A stretch of DNA of 64,000 nucleotides, taken from positions 1 through 64,000 of the forward strand of contig NIVC01003436.1 in assembly GCA_002269645.1 (NCBI GenBank). The letters run 5' to 3'. Source of the stretch: Macrostomum lignano (taxonomy: Eukaryota). Positions 47,346 to 60,419 of this stretch are shown here, piece by piece (the stretch's first letter is position 1; every line of letters starts with the position of its first letter). The notes under the pieces were generated by a model. The model was not told the DNA's origin. It saw only the letters and a program-made list of their open reading frames with translations, and did no database searches. Both the position numbers and the translations under genes were made by a program.

Positions 47346-48359
47346 GCATTTCTATAGTACTTGTCTATAAAACCCAGCTGTAGTTCTTAAGACTTGTATA
47401 GTCGTAGACACTGCACGGCATCAATAAAACTCACGCATCTTTCCTTCAAACTCCGTCAGTGTTTTTGAGCACAGTCTCAAAACACTTTAAATCCGCTGTA
47501 TAAAGTAAAGAAGCCAATAGATGTTTTTAAGCTTCACAAGCTTAAGAGGGAATTCTGGGATTCCAAGGCTTAAGGGGAATTCTACATCTATTAGCATCTA
47601 CAACAGGGTGGCTACTCGTACTTTGACATTACTCAGAGCATGGAGATTGGCATCGAGGTCCAGACTCAATTTCACAAGGCTCACTGAATCGAAAAGGTTC
47701 AGAAAGCCAAAGTTTCGAGTAGTTGAGAGGACTTGAAAATTCTAATTCAAAACTCTTTCAACCCTGCCGAGGAGCTGCAAGATGTGATTCCTACTGACAA
47801 AGCTGGCTGCACCTACCAAGCATGGTCGGGAGTCCTCGTAGGAGATTAAGACATCAAAGACGATGCCGACATCCGGTCTTTCACTGTATGAGTGAAATGG
47901 TAGAGCTCCTTGAAGCGCGTCCGATTGAGTTTGCTTTGCATGATCCGGCAGTCAGAGGGGCATGGCGTGAAGTCGGGAGCGTTCATCGAGTCCTGCCAAC
48001 AGTCTACAGAGGGTAGAATAAATAAAATTCTTCCGGTGCAAGCTATGGGCCATCAATCAATCATAATTAGGATCATATCCGCTTTTCGACCCAGCAAAGT
48101 AGCTATGCATGCACCTGTTGTACATAGAAGCCACAATGTTTGCAATCTGAATTGACAGTCTGTCTTGAAGTTTTCAAACTCGCTTACCGATATAGGGATT
48201 TCAGAAGAATTCTCTGTTTAAATATTTGGCGCATCCTTCAGCCTTCGCTGCATGTCTATGGGCCAAACCGAATTTCCCTCCGAGAAGAGAGACGTCGTTC
48301 TCAATATATGATTCAGCCAGAGCACCACACTGACAAAGACAATAAGTAACCAAGTCAAG

Positions 48360-48499
48360 ATGTCAGACGGATATCTTTTCGAGAACATCTCAGACGATAA
48401 CAGTAAGGAAGATGATGAGGCAGCTGACCAGTCACCAGATCAGCTGACAGTTCAAGACTCTCACAATTTTTTGAAGTCGTCGATTGCTTTGAAGCAGCT

Positions 48500-48549
<50 letters not shown>

Positions 48550-49571
48550 GCTTAAAACAGCAGCTGCAGCAGCAACCGCAGCTGCATCCTCAAGTTCACG
48601 TGGTGTCGCGCGGCGCCTCCGAACTGCTGCACATCTTTGACAGGGAGCTGGTCAAGCGCCTGACGGAGCCAAACAAAGAACTGATCACGGACACGGTCTG
48701 CTGCACCTGCTGCGGCCGGAACTTCGCCCGCGCCTTCACCCTGCAATCGAGTCTTGTCGGCCTGTTCAAACGCCGAGATGAAAAGTGCAGTGAGCGAGAG
48801 CGCAAGTTCTTGGTTAACGGAGATCTGGAAGCCTGGGCCATCGCTGACGCCGATTGCCAGCCGGCTACGGCGCTGGAGCGGCTCGAGGCTATCCGCCGGA
48901 CCTACCGACGGCTCGGGCTGGGCAACATCGAGGTCTGCACCGTCTGCTTGCACAAGCCGGGCTTCCACCTCATCGAGATGGCCGGGTTGGACACTCTGGG
49001 CCGGCCGGTTATTTTCTCGTCCTTCAGCCTGCGCAGCTCCATGGGACTCGCCGTGGCCGATCTGCCCGCCTACCTGGCGCACCTGTTCCACTTGATCATC
49101 GCTTGTATCGAGTATGAACTGCTAAATTTAGAAATCCGATTTTAGTGATTTTACCGCGAGCGAATTATGTACTTTTCAAATCAGGTTTAAAGCCAATTAG
49201 TTGCACGCCGAAATTTTCGGCACCCAATCTTCTCCAGATATTTGCCGAAAACTCAGCACGGCGTCTGTCTGTTCTTCGACTGCGCCCACCTGAACCCAAG
49301 TCACTGCACGGTGGACACCGTGAGCTCCGTTGCCGAGGTGCTCAAACTGCTGCCCTGCCAGATTGCGTACGCCGTACTCTACCGGCTGCCCTACCTGCTG
49401 CGCCGGCTTCTGGTGCCGCTGCTGTACCTCACCGGCCTGCAGGACAAGATCGTGTTCCTGACCGACGGCTCCGAGCAGGAAAAGATGCTCAACCGGCTGC
49501 GACAGTCGCGGCTCTTCTCGGACGCGGTGATGACGTATCTGGTGAATAACTGCTTCGACGCTGGGCAATGA
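48360..49571 (+). CDS. CRAL-TRIO (Sec14-like) domain protein with N-terminal polyQ; exons 48360-49111 and 49238-49571 (~361 aa)
   Basis: Donor GA|GTATGA and acceptor ttctccAG|A are phase-2 compatible. GLDTLGRPVIF, GVCLFFDC and LP..IAYAVLYRLP.L.R.L...L..KIVF follow the CRAL-TRIO motif order. CAA(CAG)15 encodes Q16. Confidence 0.78.
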
Positions 49572-50377
49572 GCCACTGAGTAAACAGTTGGACTTGTTGG
49601 CGCAAGTGACCAAATGCTAAACAGAGATTTGCGGATAGACATTGGGGAACCGGTTTGCGGATCAGGGCGGGCTCCATAGGAATAGTGAAAATTAAGTTGC
49701 GAGAAATGCAAGCGATAGGATAAGATCTGAGTAGAGGGTACAGGAGGCCCGCTCCTCAGCAACTGATCCCGATACCGATGACTGCTGATCCGTCAACTCA
49801 CTGGAAATTGCCGGATTTATTGGTACAAAGCGATCCATCACGGCTCGTTGATTCCGCGAATTGGTGAAATCCGAATTTATTATAGGACAAAACTATTCGG
49901 TGCCAGCGATTCCGTAAGAGATGCTTCCTGTTTGAGATTTTATCAAGTACACCAAGTACGATCGTATGACCAGTTTCAATAGTAAAATATGAACAAACAA
50001 AACCCCTAATTAATATTTGTTAACTAGGCAAGTTTTCTTCAGCGCTGTTATTAAACGTCCAGTCTTAAAGCCTATTGTCATTGTGTGTCTACTGTAGAAA
50101 TAAGGAAGTGAACAGCGTACTCAAGAAGTCCGGCTGTTGCTACTTGCGAGCAAGTAAACAGATTTTACAAGCCAGGCTAAAGCACTAAAACATGATGAGG
50201 TCAACGAGGGCTGTTGTTGATCTGCTGGCTGCGCATTTTCGTGGGGTATTAATCAGTCAGCGCTGAGTACGGCACTGCATGGCACTCGAACGACATTTGC
50301 ATAATTTCATTACCCTTACACACTATCACTTAGCTCGTATAAAGAATCGAATAGGAAATCCAAACTAATAAAAGAAA

Positions 50378-51796
50378 CTACACTGTAAGTCAGACACTAA
50401 TAAGAGACACTACACTGTAAGTCAGACACTAATAAGAGACACTACACTGTAAGTCAGACACTAATAAGAGACACTACACTGTAAGTCAGACACTAATAAG
50501 AGACACTACACTGTAAGTCAGACACTAATAAGAGACACTACACTGTAAGTCAGACACTAATAAGAGACACTACACTGTAAGTCAGACACTAATAAGAGAC
50601 ACTACACTGTAAGTCAGACACTAATAAGAGACACTACACTCTAAGTCAGACACTAATAAGAGACACTACACTCTAAGTCAGACACTAATAAGAGACACTA
50701 CACTCTAAGTCAGACACTAATAAGAGACACTACACTCTAAGTCAGACACTAATAAGAGACACTACACTCTAAGTCAGAATAAGAGACCCTACACTGTAAG
50801 TCAGACACTAATAAGAGACACTACACTGTAAGTCAGACACTAGTAAGAGACACTACACTCTAAGTCAGAATAAGAGACCCTACACTGTAAGTCAGACACT
50901 AATAAGAGACACTACACTGTAAGTCAGACACTAATAAGAGACACTACACTGTAAGTCAGACACTAATAAGAGACACTACACTGTAAGTCAGACACTAATC
51001 AGAGACACTACACTGTAAGTCAGACACTAATAAGAGACACTACACTGTAAGTCAGACACTGATAAGAGACACTACACTGTAAGTCAGACACTAATAAGAG
51101 ACACTACACTGTAAGTCAGACACTAATAAGAGACACTACACTGTAAGTCAGACACTAATAAGAGACACTACACTGTAAGTCAGACACTAATAAGAGACAC
51201 TACACTGTAAGTCAGACACTAATAAGAGACACTACACTGTAAGTCAGACACTGATAAGAGACACTACACTGTAAGTCAGACACTAATAAGAGACACTACA
51301 CTGTAAGTCAGACACTAATAAGAGACACTACACTGTAAGTCAGACACTAATAAGAGACACTACACTGTAAGTCAGACACTAATAAGAGACACTACACTGT
51401 AAGTCAGACACTAATCAGAGACACTACACTGTAAGTCAGACACTAATAAGAGACACTACACTGTAAGTCAGACACTGATAAGAGACACTACACTGTAAGT
51501 CAGACACTAATAAGAGACACTACACTGTAAGTCAGACACTAATAAGAGACACTACACTGTAAGTCAGACACTAATAAGAGACACTACACTGTAAGTCAGA
51601 CACTAATAAGAGACACTACACTGTAAGTCAGACACTAATAAGAGACACTACACTGTAAGTCAGACACTAATAAGAGACACTACACTCTAAGTCAGACACT
51701 AATAAGAGACACTACACTGTAAGTCAGACACTAATAAGAGACACTACACTGTAAGTCAGACACTAATAAGAGACACTACACTGTAAGTCAGACACA
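50378..51796. repeat. 32-bp minisatellite (ctacactgtaagtcagacactaataagagaca)n
   Basis: About 44 units. Confidence 0.97.
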
Positions 51797-52699
51797 AATA
51801 ATACTAATCCAGAATATATTTTTAGAGCTCCATGCACAACAATAATCACTGTCATATCAGCGGTGAGGCAAAGAGCCTGCCGGGTTTATTAACAACTCCC
51901 TGCCTTGCCTCCGCATCAGCTGCACCGCGGACCCAAAGGATGGGCGTAGGTCGTAAAAATTGAATTGAATTGCCAGCAGCATCTCATAGGGGCGGCGGCT
52001 ACTGCAGGTTGCTGGGTGGAAGAGGAGGTTTGCATTCGACTGAAAAATAATAGCTGAGAACGCGGAGTTTTTTATTCCCTCAGGCGCAAGCCGGTGCAAT
52101 CCCACGGCTGTATCAATATAATTACGTCAGCTTCCACGCATCAAAGCAAAGTTTTTTAGCCAGAGAGATGGGCGGGTCCGCCAAGTGTAGCTCACTCCGA
52201 TATAAAGTACAACTGCATTACTATTGTACTACAGACAATCCTACATGTATTTATTTCGCCAATGATTGCACAGACAGCACAGGATAATTGTATGCTTGCA
52301 GATAAAGATTTTCCGATAATTTTCATATCGTAACGATTAATTGAGATGGGCGAGCTTGGGAATGAGTTGTCTGCAGTATAAGCAGATCTAGGCTCTGCAC
52401 TGCATACTGCTGAGCCAGGCAGTGACCTGGCGGAATGAGTATTGACTTCCGACTCCTGACTCAAATCATGCCGAGATCATATGGCTCAGTTTCTTCTCAA
52501 ACTCAGCAACACGTTTCAACTGTTTTCTGATCTCAGACCACAAGGGATGCAATTCACAACATTACGCCTGCAGTTCTTGGCTCAACTATGGGTGATGCAA
52601 GTTCCGAGGCCCCCAGCATAGGCTGGTGAGGAAAAAGTGGAGAGTTATGGCTCATTTTGCTTCGAGCTGGCACTTGTTGACTGCTGGTTTCGGGGTGGA

Positions 52700-54060
52700 A
52701 ACTTTACAAGTTGCTGAGTGCATGTTGGCGAGGTTTTCAGCGTCACAAGGCGCGCCTCAAGGTCAGGTCGCGAATGAACGCCACGCCGCCGGCCATATCC
52801 GGGGCGCCGGCGTCTGCAGCCAGCAGGCAGTCGACGAAACGGCGAGTGCGGGCCTGCCCCTTCCAGTAGGGTGCCTGCAGCGTCAGCAGCAGCACCTTCT
52901 GCACCGGTTGTGGGCAGTACTACTCGGCGCGGATGATGTGGCCTGCCAGCTGGAGTCGCCGACGGCGGAACACATCGCTTGGACGGACGAGGCCGGCGCG
53001 GCGATACAAAGCCGCGTTGGTCACTTGCTCGTAGCCGATCTTGAAGGCGGCGCGCAGCAGGCCAGCATGCGCCGCGTCAACTTGTTGCTAGAGTGGCTCC
53101 GTCAGCGTCCAGGTCTCGGCGTTGTACAGCAGGACGGTCTCGATCACTGCCTGGAACAACGCCGCCCTCTGGCGGTCATGTAAGGCCTCAGACTGCAGGA
53201 CTGCCCTCACAGAACGAAAGGAGCTCACAGGCAAGCACGCGGCGACACCGCAAATCCTCGCGGACACCGGGAACCAGACCGCCGAGGTAGACGAACTGCT
53301 GACAACGCGGAAGCTCTGCTGTCTCTCTATCAGCGCCTCGGCACAAAATCGCAGCCTCGATGTCGTCCGGCACGCAGAGCACGACGATTTTCTGCGTGTT
53401 GGCAACTAGGCCGACACTCGCCGCAACAGCAACTAGCTTTTCCAGCTGTCGCTGGGCAGCCTCGACAGTTGAAGACGACAGTGCGAGATCGTTGGCGTAG
53501 CCAAGCACGCTGAGCCGTCTCTCCGGTTTACGTCGACCCACGCGCTGCCGCAACAGAAAGCCGTGGTCGTAGGTAGGAATAGCGGTCTTCAGCACCCAGT
53601 CAAGCACCAGAACGAACAGAAACGGCGCAAGCGTATCTCCTTGAAGCACCCCGGAGGATGTCTCAAAGAAGTCCGATAGGCGGTACATCACCATGATTGC
53701 GGAAATCAGATGCTCTGGCACGCGTTGTACGCACGGAGCACCTTTGGGAGCACAGAGCTGATGACCGAGTCGAATGCCTTCTTGAAATCTATGAAGATTA
53801 CAATTAGGATCGACTGGCGTGTCCGCGCCTCCTAGATGACTCACCGAAGAGCCAGGATCTGCGTCAATGTGCCGCGATGGGGCCGAAGTCGTTCTGCTCA
53901 GGACGCACGTACGGATCGAGCACGGGCTGCAACCGCGATAGCAGCATCGCAGCGCAGGACTGAAGGCAGATACCTCGATGCTCCTCAAGCCTTGTGGTGC
54001 CCGGCTTCTTAGGAATTGTGACGATGTGCGTCTTAAAAAGATCGTCATTGTCATGCACTT
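52700..54060 (-). mobile_element. Degenerate 5'-truncated RTE-clade LINE, same family as 36491-37327
   Basis: IVTIPKK..RGICLQS, SGVLQGDTLAPFLFVLVLDW, YANDL (catalytic YADD mutated) and LLYNAETWTLT, with frameshifts. Nucleotide similarity to the + strand copy is clear. Confidence 0.9.
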
Positions 54061-55553
54061 CACCGTTTTGCTTTCGAATTCGAAAAAATGAGCCTTCAAT
54101 TTTGATACTTCGCAGGGAAAAACGATACTACAATCAATTCTGACAAAATCCATTCTAGTGTAATGCACGAGCCGAACCTTCATGATTCAGTTGCCTGAAT
54201 TGTATATATTTATATTCATTGTATATTCATCACCTTTTCTCCTTTTCCTTATTCTAATTTTTGCAAGCTGAAATTGATAAATTATAAATTTTAGTTATTC
54301 GTTTTTCATGGTTAGGGTGCATAATAATGCTTTCCAATACGAGTACATGTATAAATTCGTGAAGTTTGTCATCTCTGATTAAGTCACTTTATACACATAC
54401 AAAAGTACATCGTAGACTTTTCGAGTTCAAGTTGGCGCGGTTTTGCAACAACAAGATATAAAATATGGTAGCAATCCCCAAAAAAGCTTTATTTTCAGGA
54501 GATCCAGGTTTCTATGCTTTTCTACTCGTAGTGCAGATTTTTCTTAACCGATCGAATTTGTCTATTTAATTACGTACATGCAGTACAAACTCTTTTGATC
54601 ACGCAATTTGATCCCTTATTCTACTGATCAAGTCGTTCCTAAGGGGATGCAATAGATTGAAAAAATGCCAAGATTCTGTAGTAGATTTTGTTTAATATGC
54701 ATTCGAGCCATTCGAAATGCATTTGCAGCGATTATAATTGCGTTCTCTATCTAACTAAGTATAATTCATTTTCTGAGACACTCAACCAGAAAAATGCAAG
54801 TGCAATTTCTTGTTCTTATCAAGCTATACGTATATGTATTGTAATACAAGGAATGCTGAGCTGATTTTTTATATAACATTATAAAAAGTGTGCACGCAGA
54901 TATTTCAGTCAGTTTAATCACCGTTACAAGCTTTGCTGCTTAAATTTTGAATCGTCATTTCAAGCGGCTTGCTTGCAACGTGCGCATGAATCCCACTGGC
55001 TGTAATGCATGGATTGTAACTCAACATTTAGAAAATCGACAGGAACCAGAAGCGCCTGTGCAAATAAACACCTGTATCAGTTGCTTATGCTGAAACCTAC
55101 GCAGAAAGTTGAATTTGAAGCGAGCATCGGGACAAATGCTGCTTTGTTTTATAGATACGAGTGCGTGTAGATCGCTGTTTATACTCAACTGCACCTGCAC
55201 CCCGAGGAGACCGGCGGGTTTATTCCCTGAGCTTTTGCCACATTCCTATTCAAGTACTGATTCAACGACCGCTGGGGTATCAAATTGTAAGAGGAAAGCA
55301 AAAGTGCTAGTACAATATGTAGCACTTAAATTATCGACTACTAAATCACGCTCGTACTACGTTACCACCACCACTACGGGTCCTAGTGCTTTTAATTGTA
55401 ATTTTAAGTTAAGTTCTAATTATTGAATGGCAATAGTCAAGAAGAGAGTGAAAAATCGTCCAAAGTGAGGCTGTTAAGACTGTCAAACATTCAACCAAGG
55501 TAAATAGTTATACTGCTTTTTTCTTGGCAGATCCGAACCAATTCTATATAGTT

Positions 55554-58500
55554 GGGTGATTCTCATCGAGAGGTTTCGGAGGTTTTGAGGTTTTTCAGAG
55601 GTTTCATTTCGAACAAATATTTTTGCACAAAACTTTTAATACTGTAAAAAAATTGAAATCTTACTGAAATTTACTAATGAATACAAATTTTCTTTAGAAA
55701 ATAGCTCGGAGGTTTTGGATTCTTTTTAATTTTGCTTCTGATAGGCACGCGCGGAAATTATTTAACTGTTTTTATGCGAAGTGGTAGTCAACGACACATT
55801 TTATGCCATGCCATTTTCATTGTTTCCTTTTCATTTTATAAGTGCAAAGTTGCGAATAGTCTCAAGTGTGTGTTGTTCCCTTTGAATGCATATTCGCAAC
55901 TATCCTAATTTGTACTAGACCTGTCCATGTAATTAAAAACAGACACTATTTACCAATACGAATTTCATATTGTTTTTGACTTGGTCTTAAGAAAGCTATC
56001 AATTTTTAAGCCAGACTAACTAAATTAAGACTAACAAGACCAAGTCAGTATTTTTTCATCAAGTCAGTATCAGTCGCTATTTAATATAGATTGTTAGTCT
56101 AACTAACTAAAGGCCCTAAGTATTTTACTAGGCATCTATATTGTAAAATATATTTATTTTATTTCACTTATTTGATATTCTTTTTTATTTTACATCCAAT
56201 ATACTAAAAATTTTATTTTTCTATTTTATAGTATTTATTATTTTTACATCATCATCCTAAATTCTAACACATGATGCACATAAGATAAAAATTTATTACC
56301 TAAGCCTCTAATACTAGTATTCTCTACACAAAGCTTTAAAAATGGCAATTTTTTATTTTATTGCTTTACCTCTACCTATAAAATTGAAAGCTCTAATGAT
56401 CTGAAATGTTTATGCTTTTATTTTAAATATAATTCATTAATAGCTTTATATTCAGTTATAATTTAAGTTGATATAGTCGAGTACAATTTCTATTACTCTT
56501 ATACATTAGTAACTTGCTTTAGTTTTTGTCTTTTTATGCAAATATTCAAAGTAAATAGTAGCTTGTACTTATGTATGTCTAGTTATCACATTTTTATTCA
56601 ATTTTTAATAAAAATATTTGTTTTAATATTAAACAAATATACTCTCTTATCATCCACAGTAGTTATCATGCCAATGAAATGCATGGTGCCAACCATGTTG
56701 GGGAGAAGGCTCTAAATCTTTAGATTTTCTTGTGATGTTAAGTACTTACACTAGACCCATATACTAAAATGTAAGACTAACATTGTATTTCTCAATCATG
56801 CCATCTTTCCAGAACCCATCAAACTATGGAAATTTGTGCAAAGCAATGGCCTACTAAAATACCATTGCTCATGATGATATGCTTCTAGAAGTCGCGGTTG
56901 GCGCAATATGCTTTTGGCGCGGCTCGACTTCAGCGTTTTTGCTCATCATTGCATCACTCAAGTCCCATTGTCACATTTTTGGGCTTCCAGCATCAAAAAT
57001 CAACTGGTTCGATAGTCTCAATTGGAGGCCATGAAAAGCAATGTCAGACATGCTGGTGCCAATCTTGGAGAGGAATTTGCAGCCCACCTGATTGCCCTGT
57101 GGGAATTTTGCCAAGGGAACTCACACGAATCATTTTTGTCCAGCAGCAGCAGCCGAGTGTTACTGATCCAAATGGAACTCACTACAACTGACATAATGCA
57201 ACTGCCCAATAGTACTTTGCTGGCAGTAGCGGAAACCGCGCACTGAGAAGCATCGCCCATGTTCCTCACCCTACAATATTGAGGTCTCGATCACGTCGGT
57301 GGTCTTGACAATATAGGATGCAATCTTCATAGACATGCCATTGAACCTGGAATGCTATGCTGCATCTCAAAAGGCTGGCTAACATTTTTTCAAGGGTTTA
57401 GTGCGGCGAGACTCCAAGTCTGATAGATAATCCAATGTCAGCCAGCATGCGTCAACTGCGCAAGCTTGATCCAAGCAAATGAGCTTCACAGTAGTTGCCA
57501 ATCGGTCTTGCCTTATTTTTTAAGCCTTACATTTGTAAAACATCGAACATTGCAAGAATGCATTTCAAAAAACAAAGAAGGAACGTTTTGTATTTTCTCT
57601 ATCAGTAATGTATATTTATCCATACATTGCTGTTACATTGCCTAAATACACTATATTATAAATATTCTTTGAGAGTCAAATCAAAATAGTTTAAAAGTTC
57701 ACATTTCAGATCTGTACATGAGAGAATATAAGTCTTGTCTTTATTTACTCAGATGAAAGTGAAGTTCTTAACTTTGGGAGTTAATGCGCATATGAAAGAC
57801 GATGCCTGCAAAAACGAAGGCTGTAGCGCGTCATGCAGCCAGCAAGCAGTTGAAGAACTTCAGTCACTCATCTCGAAGGTAGTGCGCAGTAGATTAGCCC
57901 CTAGGCTATCGGTTATGTCATCTGGTGGTTAGTAGCTAGAGCACAGCCATATTCTGTATGCTGACAACCAAACCAATTGCCACCACAAAAGCAACCAGCC
58001 TGCCAAAGCTCTAAGGGTGGCGAGCTAGGTTGCACTGAGTCGCAACATAAGTGGGTATAGGACATGGAATGCCATAATGCCTGTTATTAGATTAGACAAA
58101 CATGAAGCATTGTTGGCCTGTACAGGCTCAGAATGCAGGCAGGAGACCAGGCAAGCGGTAGTTCAGGCATGGTATTGGCAGCTGAAACAAAGCATGTTGA
58201 AATAAAGGGTATTGATTACTTTCATCTATAACTTTTCATAAACAATCAATTTCAAAAGTCAATATTATTTGACATAATGATTTTCCTAAACATTTATTCT
58301 TGCAATCTTTAAAGATGCCAATACATTTATATTGAAGAAATTATATTATTTTAAAATAAACAATGCCAAAAATGTGTCCAATGACTTTTTAGTTTTAACT
58401 CTAGTAAATGTATTGGTATCAGCTATCAAGTTTATTGCTCAACATAGATTTTTAGCATCAAACAAAGGTGGTGCATTACATGTACAAAGTCTTACTGCAC

Positions 58501-59247
58501 TGCAAGCATTTTGTTTGTATAAGAACTAACTCTAACGTGTTAGAGCTTTTGTCAGCAGTAACAGTTGTGCAACTAGTGTTATTTATGAAAGAAAAGCTAA
58601 TAGCTTTTAGTAATTGAAATTAATTTTATGATTAAAAGTAAAATGCTCTGCTTTAAGTAATTAAAAGTAAAATCCATACTTGTAATTCCAGGCCCTCAGT
58701 TATTTATAAAAAAAACATTGAGACAACAATAATTCTGCTATTTACTTCTGTGAGGCAGTATGTCATAACATAACATAACATCACATCAATGTTATAACAC
58801 AATTCGAATGCAAAATGGTATGCAGCAGCAGCAGCACTCAAAACTAAAAACGGGAAACGGATGAAACAGCTGTCTATATGTTTTCAGTATATTTCAAGCA
58901 GCGCCTTCAAGTCTAATATTTTTTTTATTTACGCACCTTGAATGTAAATGCCAATGGCAACGATGATATTACCAGTGTGTTGTGTTGCGTAGTTTTTAAA
59001 AAAACCACTTTCTAAGCATGAAAATAGTTGCCTAAGTTAAATAATTTCCGCGCGTGCCTATCAAAAGCAAAAGTAAAAAGAATCCAAAACCTCCAAGCTA
59101 TTTTCTGAAGAAAATTTGTATTCATTAGTAAATTTCAGTAAGATTTCAATTTTTGTACAGTATTAAAGTTTTTGTGCAAAAATATTTGTTCGAAATGAAA
59201 CCTCTGAAAACCTCAAAACCTCCGAAACCTCTCGATGAGAATCACCC
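55554..59247. mobile_element. 3.7-kb Mutator-like (MULE) DNA transposon, probably inactive, with ~213-bp TIRs and 9-bp TSD TATATAGTT
   Basis: 55554-55767 (GGGTGATTCTCATCGAGAGG...) is the reverse complement of 59035-59247. TSD at 55545-55553 and 59248-59256. G-initial long TIRs plus a 9-bp TSD are MULE hallmarks. Confidence 0.85.
56780..57520 (-). pseudogene. Decayed ORF inside the MULE-like element (possible transposase or cargo remnant)
   Basis: ~245-codon frame (..TVKLICLDQACAVDACW...HGRCFSVRGFRYCQQ...FDGFWKDGMIEKY) with 12 stops, skewed to TAG (6) and TGA (5) versus TAA (1). No DDE motif identified. Confidence 0.35.
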
Positions 59248-59261
59248 TATATAGTTCTGGT

Positions 59262-59959
59262 CAAGGACGACTTAAGTAGAAGGACGGGAAACCTCGTTTC
59301 TTAGAAAAGTTTTGAAGGCACTTTTTCCCGAAAAAATACACTACGGAGATAGGAAGTTTTCATTTTTTCAGCACAAAAATTGTTATTGCGTTTGATAGGA
59401 GGCAGATCCAGTGTTCATCTTTTGATATGTTGTACCTTTTTTATTGCTCTATCGATATTAATAAAGCTTTTCGTTCAGAAAATGAGGATTCTATGTTAAT
59501 TTTTTATTCTACGTATATTTTCGCGTGTTTTGTGCTTGAAATACATTAGAATGCCACGGCTCGGCTCTTTAGCTTCATGAGTCTTTTTTATAATTCTTAC
59601 CCGACTGTGTAGCAAATATTTGTAACAGAGATGATAAAATAGGTTCATAAAACCAAATATTGGAGCTGTGTCATGCATTTTTGTGATTTTTAGATACAGG
59701 AAATATACGTAGAATAAAAAATTAACATAGAATCCTAATTTTCTGAACGAAAAGCTTTAAAAATATCGATAGAGCAATAAAAAAGGCACAACATATCAAA
59801 AGATGAACACTGGATCTGCCTCCTATCAAACGCAATAACAATTTTTGTGCTGAAAAAATGAAAACTTTCTATCTCCGTAGTGTATTTTTTCGGGAAAAAG
59901 TGCCTTCAAAACTTTTCTAAGAAACGAGGTTTCCCGTCCTTCTACTTAAGTCGTCCTTG
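59262..59959. mobile_element. Foldback MITE copy 2 (698 bp) with ~250-bp TIRs and 8-bp TSD GTTCTGGT
   Basis: Same termini as 27560-28110. TSD at 59254-59261 and 59960-59967. Confidence 0.9.
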
Positions 59960-60419
59960 GTTCTGGTATTGTAATGTGAAAAGCCTGTAGGCGTTAAAAT
60001 ATAAACAAAATGTCTGCCTCTTTTAGCGAAATTCAAGTAAAAAAATAAAAATCAACTTTTCTTAAAACATTTACTCAACTTAAGAATAAGCAAGTGGAAG
60101 AAACAGTATGAAAATTGCAATTTACAAAACGTTTTCATTTTAAATAGCAAATTTCTTATTTTGTCTTGCTCAGATTATGTGGTGGCGAATTGTTTTTAAA
60201 AAATAATGAAGTGATAATGATTCGCTAGTGAAATGTGAATAATATGATGCCATACTTGGATAACAGTGATGCTGATGCAGGTGAACTTTACATTACTACA
60301 TTCTGCTTGTATTTTTATGAAATAAGCCTAGTCGATTTATTTCTAAAAGTAATAAATAATGAATATCAACGAATAGTCGAATACGACTATACGAGTAGGC
60401 ATTCAAATTGAGCTTAGCC

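Noticed and set aside
52626-53409. Plus-strand ORFs of 95-185 aa
   Set aside because: Antisense shadows of the degenerate RTE on the minus strand.
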